A program made the position numbers and the translations under genes. The notes under the pieces were generated by a model that searched no databases, was not told where the DNA came from, and saw only the letters and a list, made by a program, of their open reading frames with translations. Positions 1 through 14,100 of a DNA stretch of 64,000 nt are shown here, piece by piece. How positions within the stretch are numbered: position 1 is the first letter of the stretch; each line of letters starts with the position of its first letter. This DNA is from Phoronis australis (taxonomy: Eukaryota > Animalia > Phoronida), in assembly GCA_002633005.1 (NCBI GenBank), contig NMRA01000144.1, positions 62,001 to 126,000 of the forward strand. The letters are read 5' to 3'.

Positions 1-1814
1 TGTACCAATAACTTCAACCACGTCAGCCCCTTTAACAACGGTAACCAAACAAGCAAAAACAACCTTATTGATAACCGACACCGCAAAAACCAAAGGAGGC
101 CTGCAAGTCATTACATCGTCATACACAAAGATTCCAATAAGCTCAACAACATCGGTAACCCAAAGCTCAACAGCAGAAACAAAACCGTTATCGCTTGCAA
201 CTACGTCGAAACCAACCTATAGAACAAGTAAAGCAACAATACCTGCGTCCAACTCATCGTCAACGTTCTATTGCGCTGCCTGCGGCATTTCAGACGAAGG
301 TTCTTGTGCAAATGAGCGCCAGACGTGCGGACCAAATGAACAGTACTGTATGAACACGCTTGTGGACAGAGATAACCGCCGGCAGATCACCAAGAGGTAG
401 GTGTTCGTGCGCTCTGGTATTATTATTCTTTTTATTCAAATTCGAAAAATATCAAAATGCTTCACGGAGACGTGTAGTATATTTTGAGGTAACAGTCGCT
501 CTCGCGCTAATGGCGACTGTCATCTTTCTTGAAGTCCATTCGCTGAAGATTCAACAAAACTACATAAATTTTTAGGTATTTTCTCAATACTTATGCTTGT
601 AAAATCTTAACTGGTGCCTTAAAATATTACAAACATTTTCAATGACGAGACCGACATTTAATGCGAAATTGTCATTTTGTTTCGTAAGTGGATGTCTTAA
701 AACCTACCTGCGGACGGCTTCGTGTTTGAACTATATATTTTCTTACTGTCTACAAGCAGGACACTGTGTCTCAAAATTTTATTTACCGTGAAACAACAAA
801 GATATCAGCAAACAAAGTTTCTTTTTAAAGCAGCATTAAACCCACTATGTTATGTCAGAAAACAAGTTTTGATTTTGGCCACTCATCGTAATAAAATGAA
901 ATTGGTCTCATAATGTTCCTTAGTCAAATATAAGGTGATTTTAGGGCTTGAAAAGAATTGAGAGTTCTTTGCTCGGGATCAGCCTGATAAAAGTTTAGGT
1001 TACGGTGTGACGTGACATTTTATGAGCTTGTTTTGAAGAAATAAATGCCACTTCTTCTCGAGCCCAGAGATGACTTCTCAACTGAGTATAGAGCAAAATG
1101 AGATTAATTTTACTAAGACAATTGGTCTAAATCAGTAATTAGTACACGTATTTAACAAAAAAACAATGGTTTATAACAATGTACCTGCGCCCTGTTTCCC
1201 GAAAAGTTGGTGGCTTTTGTCATTAGCCAAACAGTTGATTTTTGTCTTTTGCGTTTCTCGGAACGTTGTGTCTCGTGTCTGTTTGTGTGGAAATTATTTT
1301 TGTCTTTAGAATTCGGTTTCTGGTCAGATTTTTTTACTTCCAACCGTCGATCCTTAGACTGATTTTAAGCCGAAAACCAAAAGACAAAAGCCATTAGATT
1401 TTTTCAAAAAAGCGGGATACCGGTCTTTATCAATTTTGTGACGACTGAGATCTCCGTCGTTCTTTTCTCTCAGTCACCATGAAATATAAATGTGCAAAAT
1501 TTCCTACGAATTATTCCACATACAAAACAGAAACCGATATCTAAATAAAATGGAACATTTTCCAGCAAATAAAATGTATTTGAAGGTCTCGGGGATTGTA
1601 AGAACACGCTCAGGCCTTCCATTTCAGCTGTGTTACTGTGGACACTTGCATCAACGAGTGGTACCGGGATTCCTACGACAGATTCGACTGCTTAGACCTC
1701 ATTTCTGAAGTCACCACGACTATAGCCGACAAGTGTTCCTTCTGCTGTACAACACCCGGATGCAACTACCCGGATGTTCCATCGCCCAAAACACTGTACG
1801 ACCGGCAAGTCTAA
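1..1814 (+). CDS. 3' part of a mucin-like (Thr/Ser-rich) protein ending in a Ly6/uPAR (LU, three-finger) domain; 5' end lies outside the window
   Basis: Exons <1-396 (open from base 2, donor AG|GTAGGT) and 1628-1814 (acceptor tttcAG, stop TAA) join in phase 2. Product ends ...FYCAACGISDEGSCANERQTCGPNEQYCMNTLVDRDNRRQITKS-CVTVDTCINEWYRDSYDRFDCLDLISEVTTTIADKCSFCCTTPGCNYPDVPSPKTLYDRQV*. The CxxC start and CCxxxxCN end are LU hallmarks. AATAAA at 2041. Confidence 0.85.
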
Positions 1815-2593
1815 CGGAACCAATCGGCAACGGAGTAGTTAATTGGCTGGAATGAGTTGCCTAGTATTCAGGTGACGATGAATGCACGTGTTCAGTTGTG
1901 AGCAAAGGGACACTTCATTACACCTTTCCAATGGAATTGATGACAAGCATAACTGGAAAATTTGCGCAGAGCACTGACTCACGCTTGTATAACACATATT
2001 GTATTAGTGCATGTACAGATTAGGAGCCTGACAATTTGAAAATAAATCAATGATGAATTCATAGTAAACTGAGCTTGAAATCATAGTGCAGGCCTACGGG
2101 AGTTTTCTGCAGACAGCTAGGCCACGCAAATTCTGTTGCAGGGAAATTTTCCAACATACGGCAGGACGTGTATTTGGATAAAAATTTTACATTGTTGAAC
2201 TGTTTAAATCTTACCTCAGTGCATTCACGGAACTGGGCTTCAAAGTCCGAGCGTTTACTTTAATTGAAACTTATGGGTCCCGAAATCACCATTTTCCCGT
2301 ATAGCCCGGGCTTGTCTGTGAAAAGCTCTGACAGTAAATTAAAAGAGTCTTATTAAGTTAGGATAAAATAAATATGCAAGTTATTTATTAATATTCTGTC
2401 TACTGAAAACCGCTTTTAAAATACTACCGCCGAGCGGAGCTTTGTCCCGCAGACCGAACGGGTTCTGTAAACCCGAGGGTCGGGATTAACTACGGACACT
2501 TGGCTTGAATGACAACAATCGGTACTAGCATGCGACTCGAAAACAGGCCTGCGTTCCTTAGACAAAAGACAGTCGCAAAAACACAAGATCGTA

Positions 2594-2829
2594 CATGCGC
2601 GCACCCAACCTAAATAGAGGAGCTCGAATTTTCCCGTTTTGGACCTTTTACTGACTAAAAAAGGAAAACGAAGACTAACAAAACGGGGTACTAGGTGAGA
2701 ACTATGAACTGCATTCGCGCCGATTTCCTGTTGACTTTTGTCTCGTTTTATCGGACTTCTTCTTTCTCTGAGGCGGACCTTTTTGCCCAATATCGTAAAT
2801 TCGAGCACCCTCCCCTGTGCGCGCGCATG
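2594..2829 (+). mobile_element. Short non-autonomous DNA transposon (MITE), CATGCGCGCAC...GTGCGCGCGCATG family
   Basis: Terminal inverted repeats. The internal sequence (ggggctcgaa..., ctgaggcggacctttttgccc) aligns by eye with the copies at 23241-23503 and 61584-61844. Confidence 0.65.
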
Positions 2830-2973
2830 AAGTACTGTCGAGTTTTTATCGCCGTGCATGTACAATTAAGCCGCACTTCTTTATAACCCAAGCTTTACTC
2901 GCGAGTGTCTACGGAACGCGCAGTCCCGTTTACCGAGTGCACGAAGACCGTACGTTACTTTGCTTGCATAACA

Positions 2974-3226
2974 ACAAACTGAAGCCTCAAGAATATTCTG
3001 TCACTTTTCCATCGCAACATGTAACGGTACATGTATGCGACCAAAACTCAGGCAATGACAGATAGTACATGTAGTCGAAACGTCATTTTAAACTTCGCGA
3101 CAGACAAACTGAAGATTCAATTATATACTGTCACTTTCTCATTGCGTGTCATTTAACAGCTGTATTTGAACAAAACTCGGCCAGTGACATCTAGGACACG
3201 AAATGTCGTTTTAAACTTCGCGGCAG
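2974..3226. repeat. Diverged two-unit tandem duplication (about 125-130 bp unit)
   Basis: acaaactgaag...ctgtcacttt...caaaactc...ttttaaacttcgcg(a/g)cag occurs twice head-to-tail. Confidence 0.7.
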
Positions 3227-5138
3227 CCAGGATTACACCGTAAGAAAGCGGTAAAAATATTAACTAAAGGAACATAAATTAGGAATCTGTCCCATGACCA
3301 TCGATATTACACCCCAACCCGTAGGTCGTGACGTCAGATTCCGAAACTCTCATAATTCCTCAGGGTCCCAGTTTTTATCAAGATTTTGCGCGGCTTCCAC
3401 ACAGCAAACCATTGATGGGACAGCGAGGTACTTTCCCTCAGTCCCGACGGCATTGAAACATTTCGAAAAGTTACAATTCCAGTACTAACCACACTGGTGA
3501 GGCATCTTAAATGGGCCTGTCCTCAAACCTAGTCCGCCTACTCGCACTCAAAACTAGATGCATGGTTCAAGAATACAGCTGCAAGTTTCATAGTGAAAGC
3601 GTGTCCGGCAATCGCTTAATTTTCAAGTGTCGTTTCCAGTACAGAGATTAGACACGGGCCCTTGAGCGGTAACTGAACTTGAGGTTAATGCGTAGACAAC
3701 AAGGCAGGTATTGATAATTCTACACGGAAAACTCCAGCAATGAATGGCGACACCACCAACAAGCGTGAAACCTGAGTTTTTCAAAATTTTATTTTTACAA
3801 ATAACAACAACGTAACATGACTTATTGACAGTGCTGTAGTGGGGCGTAGTTGCACGTAGGCGCAGCCAACCACCTTCTGGCATTTAAACGTAGCGCCTAC
3901 GTACCATAAGTTACGTTATAGTGCGAATTCAGAACACTTTTGAAATTCAGTGCTCAAGGTGATACGGTGGGCATTGAGCGCCTACTTACCTCTAATTTTA
4001 CCACTACAGCACTGCTTATTGAAGTAAAACAACACATTCATTGAAAGAGCTTGAGCAAATTTACGCTCCACACACTTGCACCGACAAAGATATTGATTTG
4101 AGAAAATTCGAAAACCAAAAACCATCCGACAGGGATACAATCTGTATCAGCTACGTGATTATAATGTTGATGACTTCAGCGTTCAAGCATAAGATGTCCT
4201 TTGTCTAGTTAAACAAAGCACATCTTAAGCTGAGAACCCAAAGTTGGTCTGAGGTGCAGTTATCAATCACGAAAGAGGTACACAAGTATGGTGCTCACCA
4301 CAAGCAAGTGGACTAGACAAAGGCAGTATACTCAAGCGAGGATGCTCAATTTCTCGATTTTCTAAATCTGGGTAAAAATTTTGCTAAAACCAAGATTGCA
4401 ATCAAAGTACACAGCGTTCCACGGATCAGACACCTGTCGTTATGAACAAACTTACCATACTAGAAGAGTTGAACTATTCTAGACCTACTATCTTGCCTAT
4501 TGAGTAAGAGTCTATCTTAAAATTGTAGCTTATACAGAACAACCATGCAGGCAGTTGCCAGCAACTACACAAATAAACCAAAGATACAAAAATAGGGTCT
4601 AGAAATATTAGTGCATTGAAATTCCACACCAGAATTGTACGTATTTCTGAAATGTTATGTCCATCTTGATAACAACTGGTATTATTGGCACATGACATGC
4701 ATCAAGTCAAATACACTCCATTATATTAGCAAAGACAATTACAAATTAAAAATATAGTATTGTGAATACCAATACCTTTGCAAACAGAATACAGCATGTT
4801 AAAAATTGCAACATTTTTAAAGTGGGATAAAACCACTGCTTTCTATGGAAAACGAGTTTTAATTTAGACTACTACCGTATAAAATTAGTGTTATTTTGTT
4901 CCTTACATAGTGACTTGGTATCTTGAGGATTTGATATGAAGAAATAACTTACAAACTGTCAGTTCTTCCTCAGCCAAAATATAAATTCTAAAGTGACTAA
5001 GGAACAATATAAGACCAATTTTATAACAGTAAAGGCTTAAATCAAAACTTGCACATCACAAAGCTAAGGGTTATATGGTATTAACTTCGACTCCAAGTAT
5101 AGTCCCATCCCATGCAGCTAAACTTGTGCGGGTAACTG

Positions 5139-8100
5139 TCAGTTATATATATCCAACTGTGGTTTGCTTTGCTGAGTAGAACCCTCATCCGGTTTATCAT
5201 CGGCCAGTACATCACCACTCATGGCAGCAAGAGCTGGGTTGGTCAGACTGGCTTGACCCGTCTCTGGTTGAGAGTACGCCGCCTGGTGGGAAACACAGGC
5301 AACTGATTAGTGGGATATTGTGGTGGAACAGTAAACCCAAAGCAGCAGTGTTACGACAGGTTTGGTAGACTGATGATGACAAAGAGAAGTATGGATTACA
5401 GTGATAATTGAGAAAATGCATGACTGTTCGGAACAGATGCGGACCTCTGGGAAGAACATCATAGAGATGTTAGAAGGGGTATAGCAGACACACATATCAA
5501 AATTTAAGATGAATAACAATTAGGAAATTGACTGCTGTAAGTTTGATTCACAGAAAGATATACCAGGGCCCGTACTCAGCCAAGAGGAAAGCTGCCTGAC
5601 TGTGTATTCTGAAAGGGGGATTTTTGCATCGTTTTTTTACTTAGAGGGTAATTTTTGAGATGTTTACATACTGCACTGCTTTTTATTATTTTATACTTTC
5701 ACAAATAAGCAAATATCAACTTTAAGTTAAACAATAAAAACATGCGATGTATCACCATTGTCACACTGCTTGGCTAATGAAAGCAACACCAAGACAATGG
5801 TTCATTTTTACACAAGCACAGAACAACGGAATTATCAGTAAACATCCATCGGAAAAATAACTTTACAAATTAGCTCCTAAATATGCCAGCACTACTAGCA
5901 CCTTAAAGTGAGTGAAAGAATGTTGGTGAGGAACAAGACCCCAGTCCATGTGGGCACAATAAGTGTTTTAGCTAAACAATGTTTTATCTCACAACAATGT
6001 AGTGTCACACATCCTCAAACTTAGCTATTTAATCCTTCCACCTCAGTGGATATAGAAGAAGAGCAACGATTTATAACTGTTTTCAGCTGTTCAAATGTGG
6101 TATGTTGGAGACTGTTTCTAAGAGGAGTGCACAACAAGTTCATCAATGAAGGGACACTTTTCTGCATGTTTCTATGCTCCGTTGCATAGCCTTTTGTAAT
6201 TCTCTAGAACTTCTTTGTGCGCATTTGTGAGCTGCAGACTAACGGAAGTTGTCTTTTAGTTTTGTGTTTTCAATATAAAGCGAAGTAACGCAAAACTGGT
6301 TCTAGCACTCCTATATTTGGCACTTGGTTTATAAGGAAACCAGCTTGTGGCGTTTCTCGTGTCTGGAGGCGTCATGACTAAAGTCAATGGTTATGAATAT
6401 GATATTTTGAGGTTGTCTGAGGCTAAAATCATGAGGGGAATTTATGATCATGCAGGGAGGAATATTTTGACCTGATGAGGGGAATTTTGCGTGATTTTTA
6501 AATATTTTTGAGAGGGGAATAGTTCTGATATTCGTCCCCTATTTTGTTGAATCGTGGACCCTGTATACAAAAAGGCGTTGGTGAAATGTAAAGTGCAAGA
6601 ATTGTGTGCACCTGTAGTATTACAAAAATTTTGTTGCCAAGAAACATTTTATAGCCAGTTTTATACAAAGATTTACATGCAGCTTACCATCTGAATGCCA
6701 TCTCCAGGTTGGCGAGGTGATGAAAGTGGCGACACAGAATTTTGTAGATCAACCTGTAAAAAAGATATCTATACTGATAAAAACAGGGTTTGGGACTTAA
6801 CATAATATCAAGTCATCACATACCACCTGTTAAAAATTCCGATGTCACCAAATAGGAAATGAGCTCACTAAAACAAGAAATTCTCATGTGGGGGGTGAAA
6901 TTCCTGACATTCAGAAACATGGAACAGACTTGGCACTGAACAGTTAAAAACAAAAACAGGACAGCTGAATTAGGAAACTGGGCGACTGTCTGCCAAGACA
7001 CCAAAAAACTTCTGGTCAGCTTTTAATTTAGTTGTGACCTCAGTAAATAACCAATTTCCCCCTCAGGCCCAGTATGCTGTCCATGTTCAGCTTTTACCAA
7101 AGCTAGGGGAAAGCAGGTGGCCAACATGTTGTCTGCGTTCATGCATCATAAATGAGACATTCATTTTTGGCAAACTATTCAGACTAATGTATGTTTACTT
7201 TTGTAGTATTAAGGTTTGGAGGTCAGCATAAATTTTGACATCGTTGCAACTTGCAAAAATTGTGGACTTTGTGACGAGTTGGAACTTTTATCAGGTCGCC
7301 AAACAAAATCTGGGATCACATTTATTGACAAGCTGCAGGTTGTCAAAGCCCTGAAACACATAAATTCAATACATAAATAAATTGACATAACATGCATGGC
7401 AGTCTATATATATGTGATAAATAAACAAGTTCAATAAAGGAAAATTTTTATGAAGATGCTTCCATTTTTTAATGCAGAATATAGTGATGTATTTTGCAAT
7501 TTAACTATAAAACGTTTTTTACACGAATGTCAAAATTTATTTCTTGATTTTTTTGCTAACCTGATATTTAAAGGTTTTTAGAGATGCAACGGATGCTAAC
7601 ATTTAATATGTAGGTTACTGTTGTCAAGCAATCTGCTTTTTGTTGTCCTCTTCAGGGATGATGATTCAAGGAATCTCCATCAGTAACAATAAATGCTACA
7701 TTAACAAAATTATTAATTAGTGTAATAATCTGACAATTTTATTTCATGTACCTTCTTGACAATACACTTATCCATTAGCTCAACTCTGTTTGTTCGTTTG
7801 AGATTCAAGGCAGCAAAGTGCGGCCAGATTTTATCAGATGCTGATGCAAAGTCTTTAGGGGTTCTGAAATGAAGCAAACACAAGGATTATACACCCTCTG
7901 AAGGCAGCAATAGACATTAATACTGAGAACATGTGATGTACCAACACCTGATACACAGCAGCAGATCTAACTAAAATGGACACACCGTACTACATGTAAA
8001 TCCCACTTGCCATATACTGATTGTAACCATGAGTTATCTTGAGCATAAAAAACACCAATAAATGAAATAACCAAACAATACAACCGCTCCAAGCAAGTAC

Positions 8101-11100
8101 AATATTGTAAGTGGTGTCAATTATTTGAGTACGACCAAGGCCAGATGGTTACATGTCACTACACCGAAAGTTCACAACTTAGATTTTTTGCTACTGAGGT
8201 GGAGAGGAGGCAGTGTGGCCTAGTGTGATAGGTGAGCGCTTTCTTTACTCGAGGTCGCGGGTTCACGTCCCACTGGGCCACATTGCTAGACCCTTGAGTC
8301 AGGTTTCTAGCTCCTCAGCTCGGTTTTAACCATATATCAATAAAGCACAAAATGGTTCCAGGTGATCAGTACAACGGGCCCACATGTGCGGCCTGCGTAC
8401 GTCTGGTACAATATGTATCAGACCGCCTGCAATTATTTTTTTTATATAATGAGGCGGAACTGACATGCATAAAGTATTGTATGTGTGTCCATTTAGTGAA
8501 GACTGGCAGGAAAAGGGTGGCCTCCTACATGCAATTTGAACCCGACCATGCACGTGGTTCCTTCTGGTGAGGTTGAGGTGCGATCCAAACATGGATTTAC
8601 GAAATGTACCCTTGGTTGTTTTATTTCGCAAAATATTTTTACTTCATGGTCTTTTAAAATGCAAGTATGAGCTCATTTTTCAGTATTCACAAGACACGCG
8701 TTGTTGCCCAATTTCGCATGCCTGTGCAGGAATACCAAACAAAGTGTATCAGTACCCTGGTTTTGTTTTTGAAAGGTATGTCACTACCTCTAATAATGAA
8801 AGTATCGTGTATTCTGCATATTATATAAAATATGACAATTACTTACTTGAAGTTCAAAATGTTATACTTTTTTGCAGCAATGAACCTTCGGAGTAACGAA
8901 ACTCGGGATAGTGAACATTAGGGGAAGTGGGCTGTTCCCGACCAGACAGGGTGGTTCTAGTCCAACCCCCAGAATAATTCCAGGAATTAATAAGCATTCA
9001 TTTTGCAGTACATGTACACTTTGTATACTTGCAGTAACAGCCTATCAATATCTAAACTATGCTTTAGACTGAACCAATCTCAAGACAGGAATCTACTTGC
9101 CTTCCCTCAGAGTCTGGTAAATCAGGGCGAGCACCTTTGCTCAATAGTAGCATCACAATCTGAAAAGCCAGTGAAAAAATATGTGAGGAAACTACTTAAG
9201 ATAAAATCTCTGGTTAGGTGTTGCCGACAAAGCTCCAGGAGAGGCCTACCTCGCCTATGGCGAAAGTGGGGTGATAAGGGATCTATGTACAAACGTTGAT
9301 GAGTGACATTCGTAAACAATCTGGCCAAACACTAACATAACATAGCCTACCAGCACAACACAGCAATGATTCAGCAATATTATAAAAGATATTGCTATAT
9401 TGGTAACTAGCATACTAGGCAATCAGTTACGAATGAGCTTTAAACAAAAAATCCAACCACAATTATTGTTTTTCTTCTAGTGATGAGATTGACAAAACTA
9501 CACAGGTCTTTATTCTGGCATTTTGACACCCGACTTATTATAACCAATGACCAAGACGACACCTTCCTAATTGCACGCATAATGCACAAAATTTGACTCA
9601 GATAGAAATTATGGTTCTCAAGTCATACAAAAAAGCTGTGTCTAAGAACAGTTACTACAGCAAAATGAAAACCCAAAGGTGATTTGAACAATAGTGTAAC
9701 TTTAAACATGATCCGTGAAGGTGAATACTTGTACTTTAGTCTTAATCTTCAACCTTTGTAGTAATCTACATCCTACCATCGTCAAGAATAGAGACTTCTG
9801 GCAAAACTGTACTGACTCAATTTTTTGTTGGACAAATGTGGGTTCACTGATATTTTGCTTCCAATTCACGGGCATACGAAATGTTGAAAACCGTTCTAAC
9901 CATCGGAGATTGAAAACAAGTCCCCACGGTGTTAGACTGAGAAGTTATTTGCTTTCAATTTTCTAGGTCATCATGTTTTTTTGTACAATCAATCATATCT
10001 ACATGATAAAATGTCACATTCTAGCCAGTCAATGAGTCTTTTGAATACGTCACAAAAGGGTGTTAGGGATTTATATCATGGATACAGTAGCTTTCGAAAA
10101 AATATTTGACGAAATTAACTGGCAGGGAAACTTTGGAGTAATATAGCGAAATGTCATTATTTTTCTGTTATGTTCTGAGTTTTTGGTACAACTATGACAA
10201 TAAGAAATTTCGAAGAACTTTGATATCAACATTTTTTGAAAACTGCTCTAGTTTGTCACAATACTCACGGGCCCATGTTCTATCAACATTTTTTGAAAAC
10301 TGCTATACTTTGTCACAATACTCACGGGCCCATGTTCTTGAAATGTTGCTGCATGTAAAGCTGTCCAATTTGTGCCTTTGTTCTGAGCATTGACGTCTGC
10401 AATGAAAGAATAGATGAAAATGTCGAGACTGTTTGAATATGGCACAGCACTTCATGGCCAAGAGTGAAATTTAAACAAGATAACGTAGAATTAAAATGTT
10501 CAAGCACCCTTGGTGGAATCATACGGTCTTGTCAAACCTTAAACAATCAGAGTTTAACAGCATTATAGAACCTCAGACAAGTCACATATTGGTCAGTGAG
10601 TGTGTCGTAAATTACTTTTGGCACCTCATCACCAAACAGTTTTGGTACAGCTAAATAACAAGACCTTTTGAATAAATGTTTGTTCAGTAATCGTTATCAT
10701 AATCATTTCCAGAATTATCTGGTATGTGTATCATTGACAATCTCTTGATGATCTCAAAACATGACATTTCTGGATTAAATTGTACACTATACAGTATTTC
10801 ATTGTTTGCAAGTCAGATGGTTTTAGATGCAAAAATTTATCTCAAAGTAAGCTCGACAAAGCGTAATAGATGGTGATATCTCCTAAAGTCTTGCATAATT
10901 TTGCATTTCACAGTTCTCCCATCTACAAAGCAACCGAGGATGAGTTACCACAATAAAAAACCAATTGATCCATGTTTGCATGGAAGAACTTTTCATGATT
11001 TTTAAAAAAACACTCAGTTGCATAAAACGAAAATGACATTATATGATAACTAAGAAAGCTCTACAATATTTTTGAAATTTCATCTGACCTGAACATTTGT

Positions 11101-14100
11101 ATCAAACAAAATATGGTTACATTATTAATACTATTATTTTTCCTTGGTTGTAAACTTTTCATTTTTGCAAAAAATTTTCTTAAGACACAGTCATTTGAAC
11201 CAATCAATAGCAGATTAGTCAGACATCATATTCAAAAGCTACTGTATATTCAAAATAAAGGATCTTCGACATCTATTCTTTAAACCGATTGATTTGACAA
11301 TAGTATGTCAGAAACAAGTGGCCCACATGACAAAATATTTACCTAGCAGGTTTTCAGCGTCGCTGTCAAACAATCTTTTCACAATATCTCTGAATCCCCA
11401 GAATGAAGCTAAAAATAAAAACACATTCATGAGATTAACAGACAGGCAGGTGCACTTCGCTCTAATCCAACACCAACTCTCCAGCATTGTCTTGAGCTCT
11501 TGTTGGAAACAAAAATAGAATCCTGTCACAGCTTATAATAAGTTTTGATCATTTGAATAACTTAAAGTTGCATTTTGCCACATCAAATCATAAAATCAAT
11601 CTCATCGCATTCTTCACAACAAGAACATCACAACCACCAGGAGTCAAGAAAAATGCTTCACATTTAATTCGGGTTGGCCAAAAATTGGGAATTTGAAAAT
11701 GGTGCACATTGCCTGTGACTTGAGTTGGTACTGGTATAAAGGAAGCAGAATCCTATCACAGTAAGGAATATTATGTGGATCAGTTTAAAAGTAAAAGGCA
11801 TTCCACTTTAATTTGTTTTTAGCTAATAAAGGTGAAATGCAACTTTAACTGATACACTGAGCCCTTGCATCGGTTTTAGGTGGTGACCTTGTAAAATCCT
11901 TCTAAAACAAGACCAATGTCCAGTACAGCTTGTGACACATAAAAGTTGAAAATTTACATTTAATTAAACATCCAGGTTTTCTTTTTCTGGCAAAGGTGTA
12001 ACAGATGTAGGGACTAGACATCTTGCTTAAGTAAGCTTAAAAACAATAGGGGTTTGATCATTTTCATATTTCAACCTGTTGCCTTATTGATTTTAAAATT
12101 ACTATGACATATGATATGATTGGGCTTATCACATTGTTTTACATTTTGTCAGTGATTATAAACAAGGATTCTATGACATTCAAAGGTGAAGGCAACCTTT
12201 TTTCATGTCATTTTTAGCAAAAATAAGGTTTGTTGACTATCCCAGACATATTTTTCACTTATTTACTGCTTTTCGTTATTTAATTAATTAATTACCCGTC
12301 GTCTAATCCAGAAGTGACGTTTTGAGAGGCAAGAATTTCGCGCCAATTTCTTTTCATATAGTCTGACTGAGAGAGCAGTTGAGTCAGTCATTGTTCTACC
12401 TCGGTTGTGATAAGTTCGGTCGTCGTTTGCATTTGCTTATGAGTCAGTCAACATGCCACGCTGTTGCTGCGTACTAGGGTGTACTCATTATTGTCTCACC
12501 TACAGAGGAAGAACTGTCCCACTTGCCCAAGTGTTTCGCGACACACTCCCACTGGAGGGTGATCTGAGCACCCAAACTGCTTACATCCTGCCGTGGGACT
12601 CCCTCGCCACACACCTGGCAGCTTCTAAATAGCTCCAATAAAAGTCCACATTAAACTTATCAAACTTAGGCTCACCGATCTGTTCATTGGATCACTAACT
12701 GTCCTCTTCACTGGGTGTCGAACTGGGCCTGTATTCACTCCCACTACTCAACATCGCTGCAGGGCTGCTTACAGGCTCTGGGTTAGAGACAACAGCACAG
12801 GGCGAATCACTGCTAGTTCCTGGAATTGCACGCAATGGGGTACGTTCGGAGGCACGGGTGACAGTAGATGAAGTGCCTTCAGTCACTGTATATAGTGGCC
12901 ACAGCTCGCGAGGCTTCTCGCTTCAAAAACGCACTTCTCGGGGTTGGCGACGGGGCACTGCCGGGAATCAACAGCGACGGTATAGTACCCTTCTTCAGGC
13001 GTTGTTTCGCAGGGACCTTCATCAATTCAGCGTACATATCTCTGTCGTAATCTGACGGCAGAAAATGCTTGCCACACACTCGGTAACCCTCACTGCTCTG
13101 TACATTGCATGGACGGGTAGCACTGCGTTCTTCACATGAACGAGCTAGCCAAGTACGGCAAAGTGTGTCATCCTTCGGAAAGCAACGCAAGGTACCCAAA
13201 GCGCTTGTGAGACGATACTGAGTACATCCCGGAACGCAGCAACAGCGTGACATGTTGACTGACTTGTAAACAAAAGCAAACGACGACCGAACTTATCACA
13301 ACCGAGGTAGAACAATGACTGACTCGACAACCCTCACAGTCAGACTACAATGAAAAGAAATTGGCGCAAAACTCTTGCCTCCCAAAACATCACTTCCGGA
13401 GAAGAGAACGAGAAAATAATCAACTAACAAAAAGCTATAATTAAGTGAAAAATGTGTCTGGGATAATCAACGAACCATATTTTTGCTAAAAGTGACATGA
13501 AAAAAGGTTGCCTTCGCCTTTAAATCTCAAGTGCCTTTTGTCTGACTTAAACTGACTAAACATCGTTTTCCAGAGAATCTTACTACATGTTGAAGAAGCC
13601 AACACACTGGTGTATGTTACAATATACACTTGAAAGATCTACAAAAGAAAAAAGGCCAAAGCAATCTAAACTGATTGATGCATAGGGTTTTAGTACATGC
13701 ATAAAGATCACCAAAGACATGCTTACCTACGTAAAGTTGACTCTGCTTGGCTTCTGGCCCAGTGCCTGAGATGTTTATTTTGTCACTCATAATATTTTCA
13801 ACCAGCTGTAATTATACGTACAAATTAATTAACTGAAGATAAGAGTGTCGTAAAAGGGTGTCGTTAAAGACAAAATAATATGAAATAATGGATAAAAGGA
13901 CAAATGCAAGTGGTACTGTAAACAATCAATATTTTGAGAAGTAAACTTCTAATTTAAGGAGAGGAATAGGAAAAACAGGGTACAAGTAGTATGAGCTGCG
14001 AGTCTTAAACCATGGGTTATTGCATCAAATGTTGTTGCACGCACATTACTATAACACTGCACTGGGTAACCACCCATGCAATGATCATTTTTTACAGCCA

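Noticed and set aside
2416-3065. Overlapping ORFs of 63-149 aa
   Set aside because: They overlap a MITE and a tandem duplication, and show no recognisable domain or splice structure.
8204-8290. Functional tRNA gene
   Set aside because: The cloverleaf is degenerate and continues into a SINE-like body.
12453-12632. About 59-aa convergent ORF (MPRCCCVLGC..) open in both Kolobok copies, considered as a second protein such as KolX
   Set aside because: Its start is the duplicated THAP start, and the remainder is the antisense of the transposase zinc motif, which explains it without a separate function.
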